Source: Balanoglossus misakiensis (lineage: Eukaryota > Animalia > Hemichordata). Taken from it: 64,000 nt of DNA. A model generated the notes under the pieces. That model was not told where the DNA came from, did no database searches, and was given only the letters and a program-made list of their open reading frames with translations. Location of the stretch: assembly GCA_040954595.2 (NCBI GenBank), contig CM082587.2:464617-528616 (forward strand). The letters run 5' to 3'. The position numbers and the translations under genes were made by a program. Positions 11,901-24,400 of the stretch are shown piece by piece; the first letter of the stretch is position 1, and the number at the start of each line of letters is the position of its first letter.

Positions 11901-14065
11901 AGCGATATTTGGCGACACCTTCAGCACAGACTTCACATCTGCAAACAACAAACAGAAATACGTATGATATGCTTTTCTTTGGGAAGTGTTTTCTTACAAA
12001 TGTTTGTTTTCTGTTAAATACAACATATCAACATCTTGATGCCTGTGAGTTCCCCACAAGAATCATTCAACCAAAACGTGACTATCGCTCAGTGACACTG
12101 TAGAATGCCATACACTATGTCATTGCAATTCATATCCAAGCAATATCATTTCATTGTACCGTTATAAACCAGTATGCTGCAAGGAATTATCTCCTGTACT
12201 GTCATAAACTCTACTGTAAATGTTGCATTTTTGCCGCCAATAGGCCACAAAGGTGGAGTTCCTCCCACAGAGCTCAGCTGGCAAGATATAAAAACACACA
12301 TTTCAGTGTAATCTGAAGCTAAGATCATTCCAAAGAGCTCTGACGGTTTATGAATATGAACAGTTGTAAAATTGTCTAATCCTACCAAAGATCATAAAAA
12401 AGTGATGTGTTCATGTAGCTGCCCTGTAAGGTCAACGACCAGACATGTTTGTGGAATATGATGTATAACGATAAGAATTTTCAATAAAACGAAAACCACA
12501 ATATATGAACTATCCTTGACAAAATATCTATGCTGAGATAATTTTCAAAAATGTGATCGAACTGTTAATCTTTCCATGTGATTATTTTCTGATTATGTAT
12601 TTTGTACTCAAATCCACATGAAAATTACATTCAGGGTGTAGGGCCTTGGTAAAATGACTGGGGAACCTCGGTAACTTTAGTCTGGGTAATGCCCATAACA
12701 AACACTGCTTATATGATGATGTGTATTTATCAACAAGGCATATGCCTTCAAGTTATATTCTTTCATAACATGCTGAAAATAGTCAACAAACTTGGAGTTC
12801 ACTACTGAATATCAATTTGTGTTTTGAATTGGTTCTTCTTGTGGTCACGGTCACTGTCAAGGTGAAGGTGAAATTCAATGGCTCTGTTGACTCCAATGTT
12901 ATCCCCTTTATATGTATGGTAGCCTTTGTAATATAACTCTCACTATATGTACATAATTCCCTCAGAGAATCAGTTTTGATATTTTACTACGTTTTCTCCA
13001 TCACACTGAAGTTGTACACAATTGAAGACATAAACTCCCAGAAAATGAGGAAAACATTAATTGATGAAATTGATTGACAGTAAAACTACGTCATCAGAAT
13101 TTACAATCCAAATGATTTGTTTTCAGATTTTTTAATTTGACCACAAAAATAACCAACTTGGAAATATAAATGTGGACTCTGAGCCAATTGTTCTTTGTAA
13201 TACTGTGTGTGCTTTATACCGTAGGGGAATGCTAAATTGAAATCGTGCCAAGCAGTTTTGTGCATGGACATCTTTGTTAGTTTTTAAGGAATCTCAATTG
13301 ATGGAGAATAGCTTTGGATATTTCTTGACAAAAGCTGATATTCAAGTAATTTAATACAAGCAATTCACATATTGTTTATCCAAAGAACTACTTTAAGACT
13401 ATAACATAATACCAGGGAAGCCGATTCTTAAAATTTAATAAAATAAATGTTTATTACCATTTAAATACATGTACATTGGAATTCAAAGTGGCTTGCAAAC
13501 ATCAGACATATTACAAACAATAATACAATAAAGAATACAGTGAAGTCCAGTAAAATTGACAGTGGCATGTTCGGAATCACATCTATACCAATTTTAAATA
13601 CTGACACCACATGACAAACAGTCAGACTCAGGATTTGTTTGAGAATCAAACAGCTGCTTCATGCTAGTAAACTTTTCTGTTTATTATTTTGCTAGAGGGC
13701 GCTAAATATAGGGATACAATGTACATTTCACATATACACCACCACAATACATGTACAATGATGCATCCTGAGCAGATTTATATCGTAGTTTCATATCGTA
13801 TTGCAGTATGTAACCCTTCGAACGACTCTCGATCACATTTTGTGATACAGAAACACTGAAAGTATGGTGTATCGTGGTCAAGACACCACTGACCACGAAT
13901 AGCATTTGCAAATGGGGAACTTTGGATATCTGATTATGCATGCTAAGATCTAAAATAGCTCGGCACTGTGATAGGTTATACCATGATTATATATAAGGTA
14001 TACACAAGTAGGCACTGCACAACAAATTCTCAGAAACAAATTCCTTCTTACCGAGTAGTTTGCAT
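8943..14065 (-). CDS. ZNHIT6: Box C/D snoRNA protein 1 (zf-HIT protein ZNHIT6/BCD1), ~338 aa; exons 14065-14052, 11938-11873, 11712-11606, 11428-11343, 11059-10956, 10733-10665, 9907-9827, 9730-9650, 9531-9407, 9226-8943
   Basis: The spliced translation [70 protein letters not shown]...[14 protein letters not shown]...[10 protein letters not shown]...[18 protein letters not shown]...LFMKVE...[11 protein letters not shown] matches ZNHIT6/Bcd1 along its length, then continues into an acidic Ser-rich tail. Nine GT-AG introns have consistent phases; total 1017 nt. The 14-nt first exon is the least certain part. Confidence 0.93.
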
Positions 14066-14372
14066 TTTCCTCGGACTCAATCGACTGCTTACAGTTTATT
14101 CCTCTACACGTGTTGGCCAGAAAGTAATAACTTCCGGTCGAAAGGTCACGCTTCGCATTTTATGACGTCATAATATTTTACTATATTGATGACGAGCTAC
14201 GCAAGTCGGCAAACTCCCGTGAAATTCGACTATGAATGGAAGAGAAACTGCAACACCTCTCTATCATACTAGCGGAAAATGTGGTCATAGTTTTAGAGGG
14301 TGACATCGGAGAAAGACCATTCTTGAGTCTACTAGCTAAGTACAAATTGAAAGAGCGCTATTTTTTTTTCTG
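14066..14372. promoter_or_regulatory. bidirectional promoter/5' UTR region between ZNHIT6 and GABBR1, with E-box, ETS and CRE motifs
   Basis: 307 bp between divergent start codons, locally CpG-rich. CACGTG at 14107-14112, ACTTCCGG (ETS/GABP) at 14130-14137, and TGACGTCA at 14163-14170 inside the 14-bp palindrome TTATGACGTCATAA. Confidence 0.7.
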
Positions 14373-14648
14373 ATGTCCTTTCTCGTTCGGAGTAAGTTTT
14401 TGTGGGCGCTGCTATGGATCGCATCTTCCGCGCTCGCCGAGTCGGGTGATGGAGAAAGTGTCGGTGATGACGACGAGGGACCCGAGCGGCAGATACCGCT
14501 CCATATCGGCGGTATTTTTCCGATGGCGGGGGCTTGGGCTGGAGGACAAGGTTGTTTGCCAGCTGTACAGATGGCGTTTGAGGATGTTAACGAGCGACGC
14601 GATCTGTTACCGGGATACAATTTAACTTTGGATATGAGAGACAGCCAG
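14373..14648 (+). CDS. GABBR1: first coding exon (partial CDS) of GABA-B receptor subunit 1, a class C GPCR
   Basis: Signal peptide MSFLVRSKFLWALLWIASSALA, an acidic linker, then LHIGGIFPMAGAWAGGQGCLPAVQMAFEDVNERRDLLPGYNLTLDMRDSQ. This matches the start of the GABA-B R1 Venus flytrap domain ([37 protein letters not shown]). Donor CAG|GTAAGG at 14648/14649 lies just before the expected CDPG. Confidence 0.88.
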
Positions 14649-14720
14649 GTAAGGGTCGGTCGTCTGCTGGAGATTTGCAGTGCAGCAGACGGCATCGGTG
14701 GTCGGCTGCTGCAGATATGG

Positions 14721-14748
14721 AGAGAGAGAGAGTGAATGAATGAATGAA
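14721..14748 (+). repeat. compound microsatellite (AG)6(TGAA)4
   Basis: Read directly. Confidence 0.85.
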
Positions 14749-17700
14749 CGAACTGATGACCGCATTTCTCAGTGTGTTTTTTTTTAAGTTTGCAAATAAA
14801 GCATGTCAGAAACAGTCTTCAGTTACGTTATTCCAGAAAATTTTAATTTAAATGTCAATTTCATGTTGACATTTCGTCGCAAAAGTGGATACATTGTATC
14901 AGTACGAAGATACTGACGTCCGACTGAAATGAACAAGGGTACGGTAAGTCGTTGCGGATAGCCATGGTTTCATGCCATTACTTTTGACCTTTTTCACTGT
15001 AAAATGTGCGACAGAAAGGAAAATGGTCAATTAGTTATTGATAATGGTAAAGCTTTTTATTTGTTTTTGCAATTTTAATGGCGTACCCGATGAAAGGATT
15101 TTGCAGTTGCGAAGTTATAATCGTCTACATTTTACAAGCAACCTACACTACACCACACTACACTCTAGTCTGGAGGAAGAATTGTTTTGGAATCATTATT
15201 TGGATAGTTTAATCTTTTATCTTTATGCAAAAATAGAGAGTTAAAGGGAGTCTAACACACAATGGGATATTTTCAACTGAAAAATATCATTACTGGCAGT
15301 GGTAATAATCATGTGTTTATACAAATTGCATAACACTACTAACAGAAAAATATAATTGAATAAAGATAATTTATTAAATCTTGTAATATCTGTTTGTGCG
15401 TATTGCTTATAAGAACAAGACAGCCTCAGGAAAGAATTGGAATGGTTAAGGTATTTTAATGAAACACGGGCCAAACCGGGGCAATTTGCAGGAAAAGTCT
15501 AGCTTCTGCAGATAATGCGGGTACAATTGAAAGTGACAGCGCTCCCAGACTTGACGAGTTCAACCTGATACTTGGCACGACACACTTTCTATTCTTTAAT
15601 TTCGAAAAAAGAGCGTGTTTTGAAATGAGAGTGGTGATTGTGAGGAGAGTGGACAAACGGCTAACACAAAGTACTTTGATATGTATACAGATAAATTTTC
15701 AGAGGTGATACACTGTGGTAAATTAACTTGGACCAAATAGGGCAAAGTGCCAGACGCAATTTTCATCCAGAATTTTGCAAGATATCAATGCAAGCCACAG
15801 TACTTCACTGTCATCCCCCTTCTTTAAAATAAAGGGAGCGCAAAACAGTAAAGTAGCTGTATTGCACGATAGCATGCCCAGAAAATCCTTAAACATATCT
15901 GGCTTGTAGCTTTGTATCATCTGGGCTGATGATCAAATGAACTGACTCAACAATTACACCTCCACTGTTTTTAATATCAGACATAGACATTTTATCGCAG
16001 AATTCCAGATGAAAATTTGTTTTAGGTGGTGAGAGTTTAACAAGTGAATGAATTTATAAGGACTGTGAAGATGTTGATATCATCCAGTGTTTTCACTTCT
16101 GTTATCTGATTGAAAAGTCATCTAAAATGTATAAAAAAAAATTGACAGGTTTCAAGTCATGTTGATTTCAATGCATTACAATCTTTTAACAGTTGCCAAT
16201 CAAACTCCCAACTGTATTATTTTTCCTGTTTAAAAGAGCTGAGTGCCAGAGCATAGGCCCATGGAGGCGATAAATTTTTACTACCAAATTGGGTTATAAA
16301 AGTTTATTGGTTCAATCTATTGTAGGAGCCAGTGTGCAGTGCGGCATTTTTTTGATTTCATGGAGTTTTTGTTCCTTTAAATACCTTGTGTTTCGGCTGA
16401 ATCTAAGATGGTTTCCAGAACAGATGGTGCCCTAAGAATTTTTTTTTACAGGGAGCAAGGACTTTGGTGTTAAGCATTTTGGAGAGAAGTCAAATTGATT
16501 TGTTAATGGAATTAATGAATGCAGTTTAAAACAATGTGGTCATCTTCACTTAAAATGACTTGTTTTCCACAAATATTCACATCCTATAAAATCCAATTTC
16601 ATTGACAGGTATATCATGCATGAAATGTTGTATTCTACAGTTTCACAGAAAATAACAAAAAAATGCATTTCATTTCATCATTATGCCCTGATAAAGAGCG
16701 CAATCATAGTTGTAATATGGCAACTCTGTCTCCCCAAGGCATTAGAAGGAGCGACATGCTTTCTGGGGGTATAAGCCTGATTGCGGTTGCTAATCAGATA
16801 AAAACTGTATAATGTTCGTATTTTTACCCATGAATGGACAGAACATGATTTTCAGGTGAATCGCTGGATTAAAAATGCAGAGGAAATGTCCTTACGTGGA
16901 GATAAAATAAGTTAACAAGTGCAGTTGTGTATAACAGTCTGAATTGCATTGATTCTGAAGCTGTAGAATTTCTAATACAATTTCTGTATATTGTCTGCCA
17001 AATTAATTTGCATGCAGGCTTATCATTGATGAATAAATTCCATATTAATATTCCCTAACTGTTTTGGGTGTATATTCAAGTCAATTTAGTCTTCGTTATT
17101 TATTTTCAATTAGCAGTCAAACTTACGGTTGGCAAATTTTACCTGAACAACCAACTGTGAAAATGGAAGAAGGATGGCATGGTTACATTTATGTTCACTT
17201 ATGGTACACTTACAAAAGTGGAACACCATTTTAAATTGGAAAATTTTCAGCATCTGACAGTGCTCATACGTTATCAATTATTAAAACAATGCAAAATGTC
17301 AAGTCTTTTGTTATATTGTATTAAATAGCCAGACATACATTATGATATTAAAATTTGAATTTTCATATTTCAGACAGTGATCAGTCATAGTCATTATTTG
17401 ACAGTTAATTGTTCCTTAAAACATTGTGAAAGATAATGAAATATACCTTATTGATTTTTTCATAAGTGGGTTAAGTTTGTGGTGTGGGGCCCAGGCATTA
17501 TTGCATCAGATGAATTCAGTGGGTCTTTCCACTTAGCTCGAGGTTTTGTCACTAATCTTGTAACGTTTGAACACCTGACAGTCTTATTTAATGACGACTG
17601 TCAGTAGTCAAGCTTTTCAGAGAGCCTAAACCTGTTATACTCTAGGTCAATCCACCTTGTTGCCAATCTGAAAACAAAATTTTTTCATTAAACCCAAGAT

Positions 17701-18747
17701 CCCTGCCTTTTTTCACAGCAGTAACATTCTACACCTTGCTGTTAAAATGAAATTTGTGCAACACTTCAATTACTCTCCTGAAATTTTATCGTAGCAACTG
17801 TTTTTAGCAATTCCTGCATGGAGGTTATAACGTTGATTACTCATGCAGTATGACTTTAACATTCCAAATTCCAACTTCAAATTAATCTTTGCACAGGGGA
17901 TATGTATTTTTTATCTGGCTTTCATTGCTATGTTTTCTATTTTAGCATCAGGCAAACAGCAGTTAAAAATTCAATCAAGCAAGCAATTTCATTTGCTACT
18001 TTCATTGTGGATATGTAAACGTAATATACACGTCGTATCACCATAGAATTTGTGTGTAGAATTCACTTTCTGTAAATTTGAAAGGAGGGGAACTGCCTGA
18101 ACAAGCTTTACATGGCAAAAATTTTGATCAAATCAAATCCCTGGAAGAGTCCAGTGTGAAAGGCGTCAGAAATTGCTTTCAAATACCAGAACAATAAGTA
18201 AAAGTGTCAACATTTGCTTGTACTTGCTTGCAAAAATGAGACTTGGAGGTAGAAGATATTTTGATCATGCAATAAGCTAGGCCATTTAAAGATTTTATGA
18301 CAGGCTGGTTTCAAGTTCTAAACTTGAAGTGAAAATGTTTGTGCAGAATGGGTTGTAGATACCAGATGGGTTCACAGCTTGCTTCTTTCATGCAGGTACA
18401 AGCTCCATGTACAAGGTATCGCTCTTGCTGGGTGAATCACTGTGCAAACATGCAGGCCATGTTGACAACCTCTTGATTCTGCGCTAGGTGCCCTGTCAGT
18501 GTCTGCCCAGAAGAGTGGGCACAGTGCTTTTATACAGCTACCCAGGTGCATGCTTTTGCATAGTTTCTTGTGTAATTAGCATGATAATGGCCATTGATCT
18601 CTCCACCCCACTGTCTTTTCTTGACATTGATAATATATTCCTGGCCTTTGTTCTCTCTGACCCATGCAGAGTTAGTGAGTGCAAATTTGCTAGTGCAGAT
18701 TATGTAATCTGTTACTGGTGAGTTGCATGCTGGGAGCCAACTTACTG

Positions 18748-18774
18748 GTCATGTGATTAGTCATGTGATTAGTC
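18748..18774 (+). repeat. short tandem duplication of the 12-bp unit GTCATGTGATTA
   Basis: GTCATGTGATTA GTCATGTGATTA GTC read directly; each unit contains TCATGTGA. Confidence 0.75.
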
Positions 18775-18968
18775 CTGGCCTATTCCATACTAGATCAGAG
18801 CAGGTAGTTCTGGCCACCTGAATTTCAACCTAAAAACCCCCACAAAGGCAACATTGAAGACACCACACAACACAGATTGGCAGTGCAGCTATACTTTGTG
18901 ACATTCACAATAAAAATTACCACAAGAAAGTAATGAGTATCGTACAAATAGTACCTTCACACTTGAGA

Positions 18969-19004
18969 AGAGAGAGAGAGAGAGCGATAGAGAGAGAGAG
19001 AGAG
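18969..19004 (+). repeat. interrupted (AG)n microsatellite
   Basis: (AG)8 CGAT (AG)8 read directly. Confidence 0.9.
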
Positions 19005-21230
19005 TGTGAGAGTCGACCCATGGTATCATTGACTGGTCTATGTGACCCACTTTCCCCTTCACCCTGTCCATCTGCCTCATCATTATCAAACCCACTGTGG
19101 CAGAAAGACTTCGATTGGCACGAGACTTGAGTTGAGATCAAAGGTCACATTACATTGACTTCCAGGATACTCAGCTCTCATGTATTGTTAGAAAAGTTGA
19201 CAGGATTGCTTTTTCATTGCCAATCAAGCCAGTCTTGTTTATTTATGTGTCTCTGGGAAGCTGACCTTGGCTGACACCTAAGAGTCAGGCTTGGATTTCT
19301 CAACACTGACTGAATGTCAAAGCCATGAAATAAATAACTCCTACAGTCATACACTTTAATTGGAATCAGTTTTCTAAAACACATTATGGATAGAGCTAAA
19401 GTATACAGATTAAATTTCCCCAATGTTCACTATTTATAACCAGCTATTGTCAAGTTGCAATGGCAGGTTTTTCACAGAAAATAAATCCTTTAAATGCATA
19501 AATTTGACACCTTTCAACATTCTACTTGTTTTATTAGGAATTACCGCTAGAACACCCTGAAACATCAAGCTTTTCTTACATCCTTTTTTCTGGATATAAT
19601 AATGTGAATACATTTATGGTATATTACAGAAATTAGGTCATTGAAATATGTATTTTTTTAATCTGTCAGGTGTGGGAGTTGCCATAACAACCAGTGGATT
19701 CAACACATTTCAGTGAGCAGAACAGAGTACTTCTCATAAAATGTAGACATAAATAAGCAACATTATTTAAAGAAGAAATTGATTCTAGTAGTACTTGTCA
19801 AAATCTTTGTCTTTTATGTACAAATTTTCATAAACATAGATTTGCAGCAATTTTGAAATTACAGATATTGGTGTAGTTTTGTGATTAGTTTTTGCTTTGC
19901 AATGTTTTTTCCGAGCTTTTTCACCTTCAATTGATAACACCAAAGTGTGGCCGGTTCCTTGCAGAGTGACTGACTGCTGAAATTGCTTGCATTTCAAACT
20001 ATCACCAAGAAAGTCTGCCTGTCATTATATGCCACCCTCTGCTTGGTTAGATTTCTGCAAGTAACCTTCCTTTGATCACGGTGCTATTACTTGGTATCAT
20101 GATCTCATATCATCTCTCAGAAATTTCCGTTGTCAGTGATATTCTGTCACAATAACAACTAACAAGACATGATTTTTTGTATCGCGGCAAAGTTCTCCAT
20201 GAACCCTGCACACAACCTGCGGAGACTGTGGAACAGAAATGTTGCGGTGATGCGCGTTTATCCTGCAGCAGTTTTCTCTGATTGCATTGCAGCAGAATAC
20301 TCTCCTTCAAGAGTGAAAATTACGCCTATACCATGCAGATTGTTTGTAAAGGTCTTGGTGTGTACAATGTAGTCAATGTTGCAGGTGTTCCCTCAGATTT
20401 GACAAAAGTTTGTGTGACTGTAGGGTCTTGGCATCAGTACAGTGATTCAGCAGGGATGATGCAAGTTGCAACCCCAAGACGTGAATTTTTGCAGACCAGC
20501 CTAATTCAAACTATTCCAAAAAAAACACTGTGTGTGAGATCCAGATAAGTTTACATATGTTGTGATATGATATCACAACATATGTAAACTTATGCAGGTA
20601 AAAACATTTCTGGTGCAGAATGCATCTACATCTAGATATTTTAGACCCTTCAAAATGACTGATAAGAAATTCAGCAATTGAAGTATCCATGACGGCCAGA
20701 GGCCAGTTGTTGGTACCACTCCTATTTGCCATTCTTTTGGCCAACAATGATGTTGATGCATACCCTGGGGGTGGTGGCATCACTCTTTGGTAATTTGTGA
20801 AATGGACTGTAATCCCCTAGTCTGTGAGATTTGTGCTTCCAGCTAGATCATTACACTGAGAGCCCGTTTCACTGCAGCATTCCGAATTTGATTAGAGAAG
20901 TTCTCATCACATGTGATGAAATCTATCTCATCACACATGGACCAGTCCGACCCCACTGAAATGTATGACTAAATGAAGCATATGAATATTTTATAGCCAC
21001 AGACCGTGGTGCCAAGGGGCAAAGCCAATATGCTGTGTGCATCTGAGCTGAGCGGGATATGTGATTCTCATTATTTGAATTGTCAATTCTCCATGTCTGT
21101 ATTGACAGGGCAGCAGAGTCTTGTATAGATTCAAACCGACCTCTGTCTGCACTTTATTCCTTGACTGGACGAGCAAAAAGGCTGAAAAATTGCACGATCA
21201 TTCATTTCATCTCCCACCTTCATTACAATT

Positions 21231-21410
21231 TACTGTAAAACGGGAAATTTTTTTCGCAACAGGAAATTTTTGCAATATCAACAGAAGAGACTTTTCCACG
21301 ATGATTAATTTTCGCATTCTCTTATCTCCAAAATACATTTCTATTGTACACGCGGTTTTTTTGGCTCTCGCGAAAGTTTATTGTTCGTGAAAATTTCCTG
21401 TTTTACAGTA
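21231..21410. mobile_element. MITE (non-autonomous DNA transposon, TA-targeting Tc1/mariner/pogo-like), ~180 bp
   Basis: Terminal inverted repeats TACTGTAAAACGGGAAATTTT ... AAAATTTCCTGTTTTACAGTA (21 bp, one mismatch). The outer TA is consistent with a target-site duplication. No coding capacity; internal TTTTCGC/CGCGAAA subrepeats; more CpG than the flanks. Confidence 0.8.
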
Positions 21411-24400
21411 TTCCCTGTATTCAACCCCAATGACAGTCTCTTAGCATCATCTCTTTCTCAGTCTGCCAATCAACTATAGTGGATGTTTCATCTCAACCTT
21501 GGTCATCAACCTTGCTTTCACTTATTAACTTCTGTGTATTGCTTTGTGCCATCAATTTATTGATCTGCATACATTCCAAGGAAACATAGACGAGACTGTG
21601 AAACCTTCAGTGAATCATTTAAACTTGTTCAAGCCTCACAGCCCCATGTGCCAACTATCATTTTTAATATTGCAGAATTTTTCAAGTGAAAAAAGGCAGT
21701 GTCATGCACACGCTTGACACTGTCTCCATGCCAACAGCATCAGCCAGCCCACAATGCCCTATAACTAATATTGAAAATCTAATATTTGCCCAGCAAACAG
21801 GTTTCTACCATTGCTAAACATTTGTTGGGCAACCTCAGTGTGTGTGTAATATGTTAATTCAATATTTGCCCGGTGGCAATTGCTGACATAGGAAATGGTG
21901 ATGTCCGCAGCTGCTGCAGTAGAATTAGAAACTGCTAATTAATATGTAAAGTGATAAAATTCAGAGTGTATTTATGTAGCAAGTTAGACAGTATTTGTTC
22001 AATATGCTGATCGGGCCAAGAAAAGATCATCAAAGAGCAGCACCAATAGTAATCATCACCCTTTGGGTGGACTAATTGCTGCGTGAAAAAAATCTAAATT
22101 AAAGTAATGATTGTCTTAATTGATAATAATAAAACCTGCAGTAACATTGACAGAAGAAGTTGTAATTTTTGGTCACTTATTGGGTTTAGTTGATAATTCT
22201 GTTACATCAGTTCATTTGCTGGAGATTTTTATTGGCTGTTGGGTGGAATTACTGGCTCTGGTATCTGCTCGTGTTATTTTATGAAGTGATGAAAGAGATG
22301 GTGAACTGGAGCCATTTTATATGATAAATGCGTTTGGAGTATATTATGGTGACCATGTGTTCTCTCGTAAATCTCCCAGCCAGTCGCATCATCTTCACAC
22401 AGGGATTGTGAATGTCAATGAACAGACATAAATCATCTTTAATATATCACATATAGAAACTTGGAGATCTATACAAGGTACACCTGCACCTGTCCCAGAA
22501 GTTGTACCTGCTTCTATGTAATTGTTTTACAACCATGAAAGCAGCTTTTTAACCAAAATTAGCATTTAGAAAGATGCCGGACCTGTGTGTTGGGAATGGA
22601 TGGCAGCTTGTATGTTTAATGCACTATTCACTTTTGACTGATAGCTTTAGATTCTGTTGCACTAAAACACCAAACACCTCTCCGAGTATTCTGGTGCTAA
22701 AAATGAACATCTGTAACATGGATAAAATCAATCATGACACTTGATACAAACTTGGTAGAAAGCAAGCAATAAAGTGTATATGACTGTGATTTCAGCAAAT
22801 AATAAATTCAAACTGCAACACACACACACTCACCCGCACACATACTTGTATTACGGTAAGTGAATATAGACATTTGGTTTGTGATGTGAAAAATTCATGA
22901 CACATTCACTAAGCTGAGTCACCTCTTTGTAAAAAATATGCAGGTTTTTAGATGCAGCAAAATTCATATTCTAAACACACAAAGGTAAGGAGATTTTCAA
23001 GCTTTAGTCAGAGCTTAACTGCTTCCGACCAGCACAATTGTTATGGGTAACGATGTTTGTGTCATGAAAGGATTGACAAAAATGGTTCAAGGTGGAAAGA
23101 GCACAGGCCCCTCTGTCACCATAATGGTTGAGCTATGGTCAGAGAAAGAAAAAAATAATAATTATTTTATTTTGTCTCCCTTTGTTATGATTGCAGTTAT
23201 TAAACTTGAAAGAAAGCAGAAGAGAACAGAAACCTGTTTGACATTTGAACAGAGCAGACGTGAACGCGCATGATCAGTTGTGATAGAAATATACCGCATA
23301 TGAATTGTCAGGTTTCACAGAGGGCGCTGTTCGTGAGGAAAGATGAGGCACAAATAATTTTTTTTATCAGAGCAAAAGAATAAAACCTGAGACTCGTAGG
23401 ATTAAAAAAGAACATTGGGAATAGTGTAATACTAGTAATATACAGTACTTGCATGAAAGTGAATGTGTTATTACCATACGTCTGAATCTTGTGTCAGTAA
23501 TTGTAGTTTGGTGATGAATCAAAACATTTTGAGATTTGGAAATTATTGACCTATTAGCACAAATTGTCACTCTTTAGAAGCATAGATACAAAAGATAATG
23601 TGGTACACATCAAATGGCTATGCATCTATGATAATAACCAATTATTAATAATCTATTTCTAAACTGTCAGTGCATTGTTGAACACATTTCCTGATAATTC
23701 AGCATTTCCAAGCAGTTTCTGAACCAAAATATTAGACTCTCTGGTTTACATTTGTTGTCTTCACAGAACATGCTGCTTTTCCAATTTCGATGATTCCAGC
23801 GGCTTGGAAGATCTCTCAGAGTCGCTGTGAGTTCAGCCCTAGCCATTTCCTGACTAATTGTCATGCTTACAGAACTTTCTCTGCTCTGTTTGTTTTCTAC
23901 TGCAGCTGATGTATCAGGAACAACTGTTCCCATTTACAAGATACAGACTCTTCTTTAAAATGCATTTCCTTGGTTTTATTGATCTAACATCAGTGGGGAT
24001 GTCTGCATGACTTACTTGAAGATCGTCTGATAACTCTTTGACTTGGCCGCAGTTTGCATTTGTAATTCAAAAACTGATATCAGGGATTTCCGTGCCCGAT
24101 TTTGCATCCATGGAACCATTTCTGTTTCACTAGCATGATGTCTTGCATTCTGCCTCTTCAGTAGTCTTAGTATCTAGCTGTATTTTGTTAGCTACGCTTC
24201 CAAAACTAACAAAATACGCCTTACTAGACTACCTCGTCAGCGACACTCATGTTTCTTTGTGAGTGTCGCCAATATTAGGGTTTTATCATCAGAAAGTTCA
24301 ATATATGGGAATTGTCCACAAATTGCAGTGTGGAGTTGCGTTACATGTTTACACAATGTCCAATGTTGCATTTGTGTCCTTGGCTTTTGCCAGAATAAAT

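Noticed and set aside
12955-13104. Possible intronic box C/D snoRNA in ZNHIT6 intron 1 (minus-strand TGATGA at 13096-13091, CTGA near 12973 and 12965)
   Set aside because: Box C lacks the leading purine, the terminal stem is weak, and no rRNA/snRNA guide is recognisable; snoscan or Infernal would be needed.
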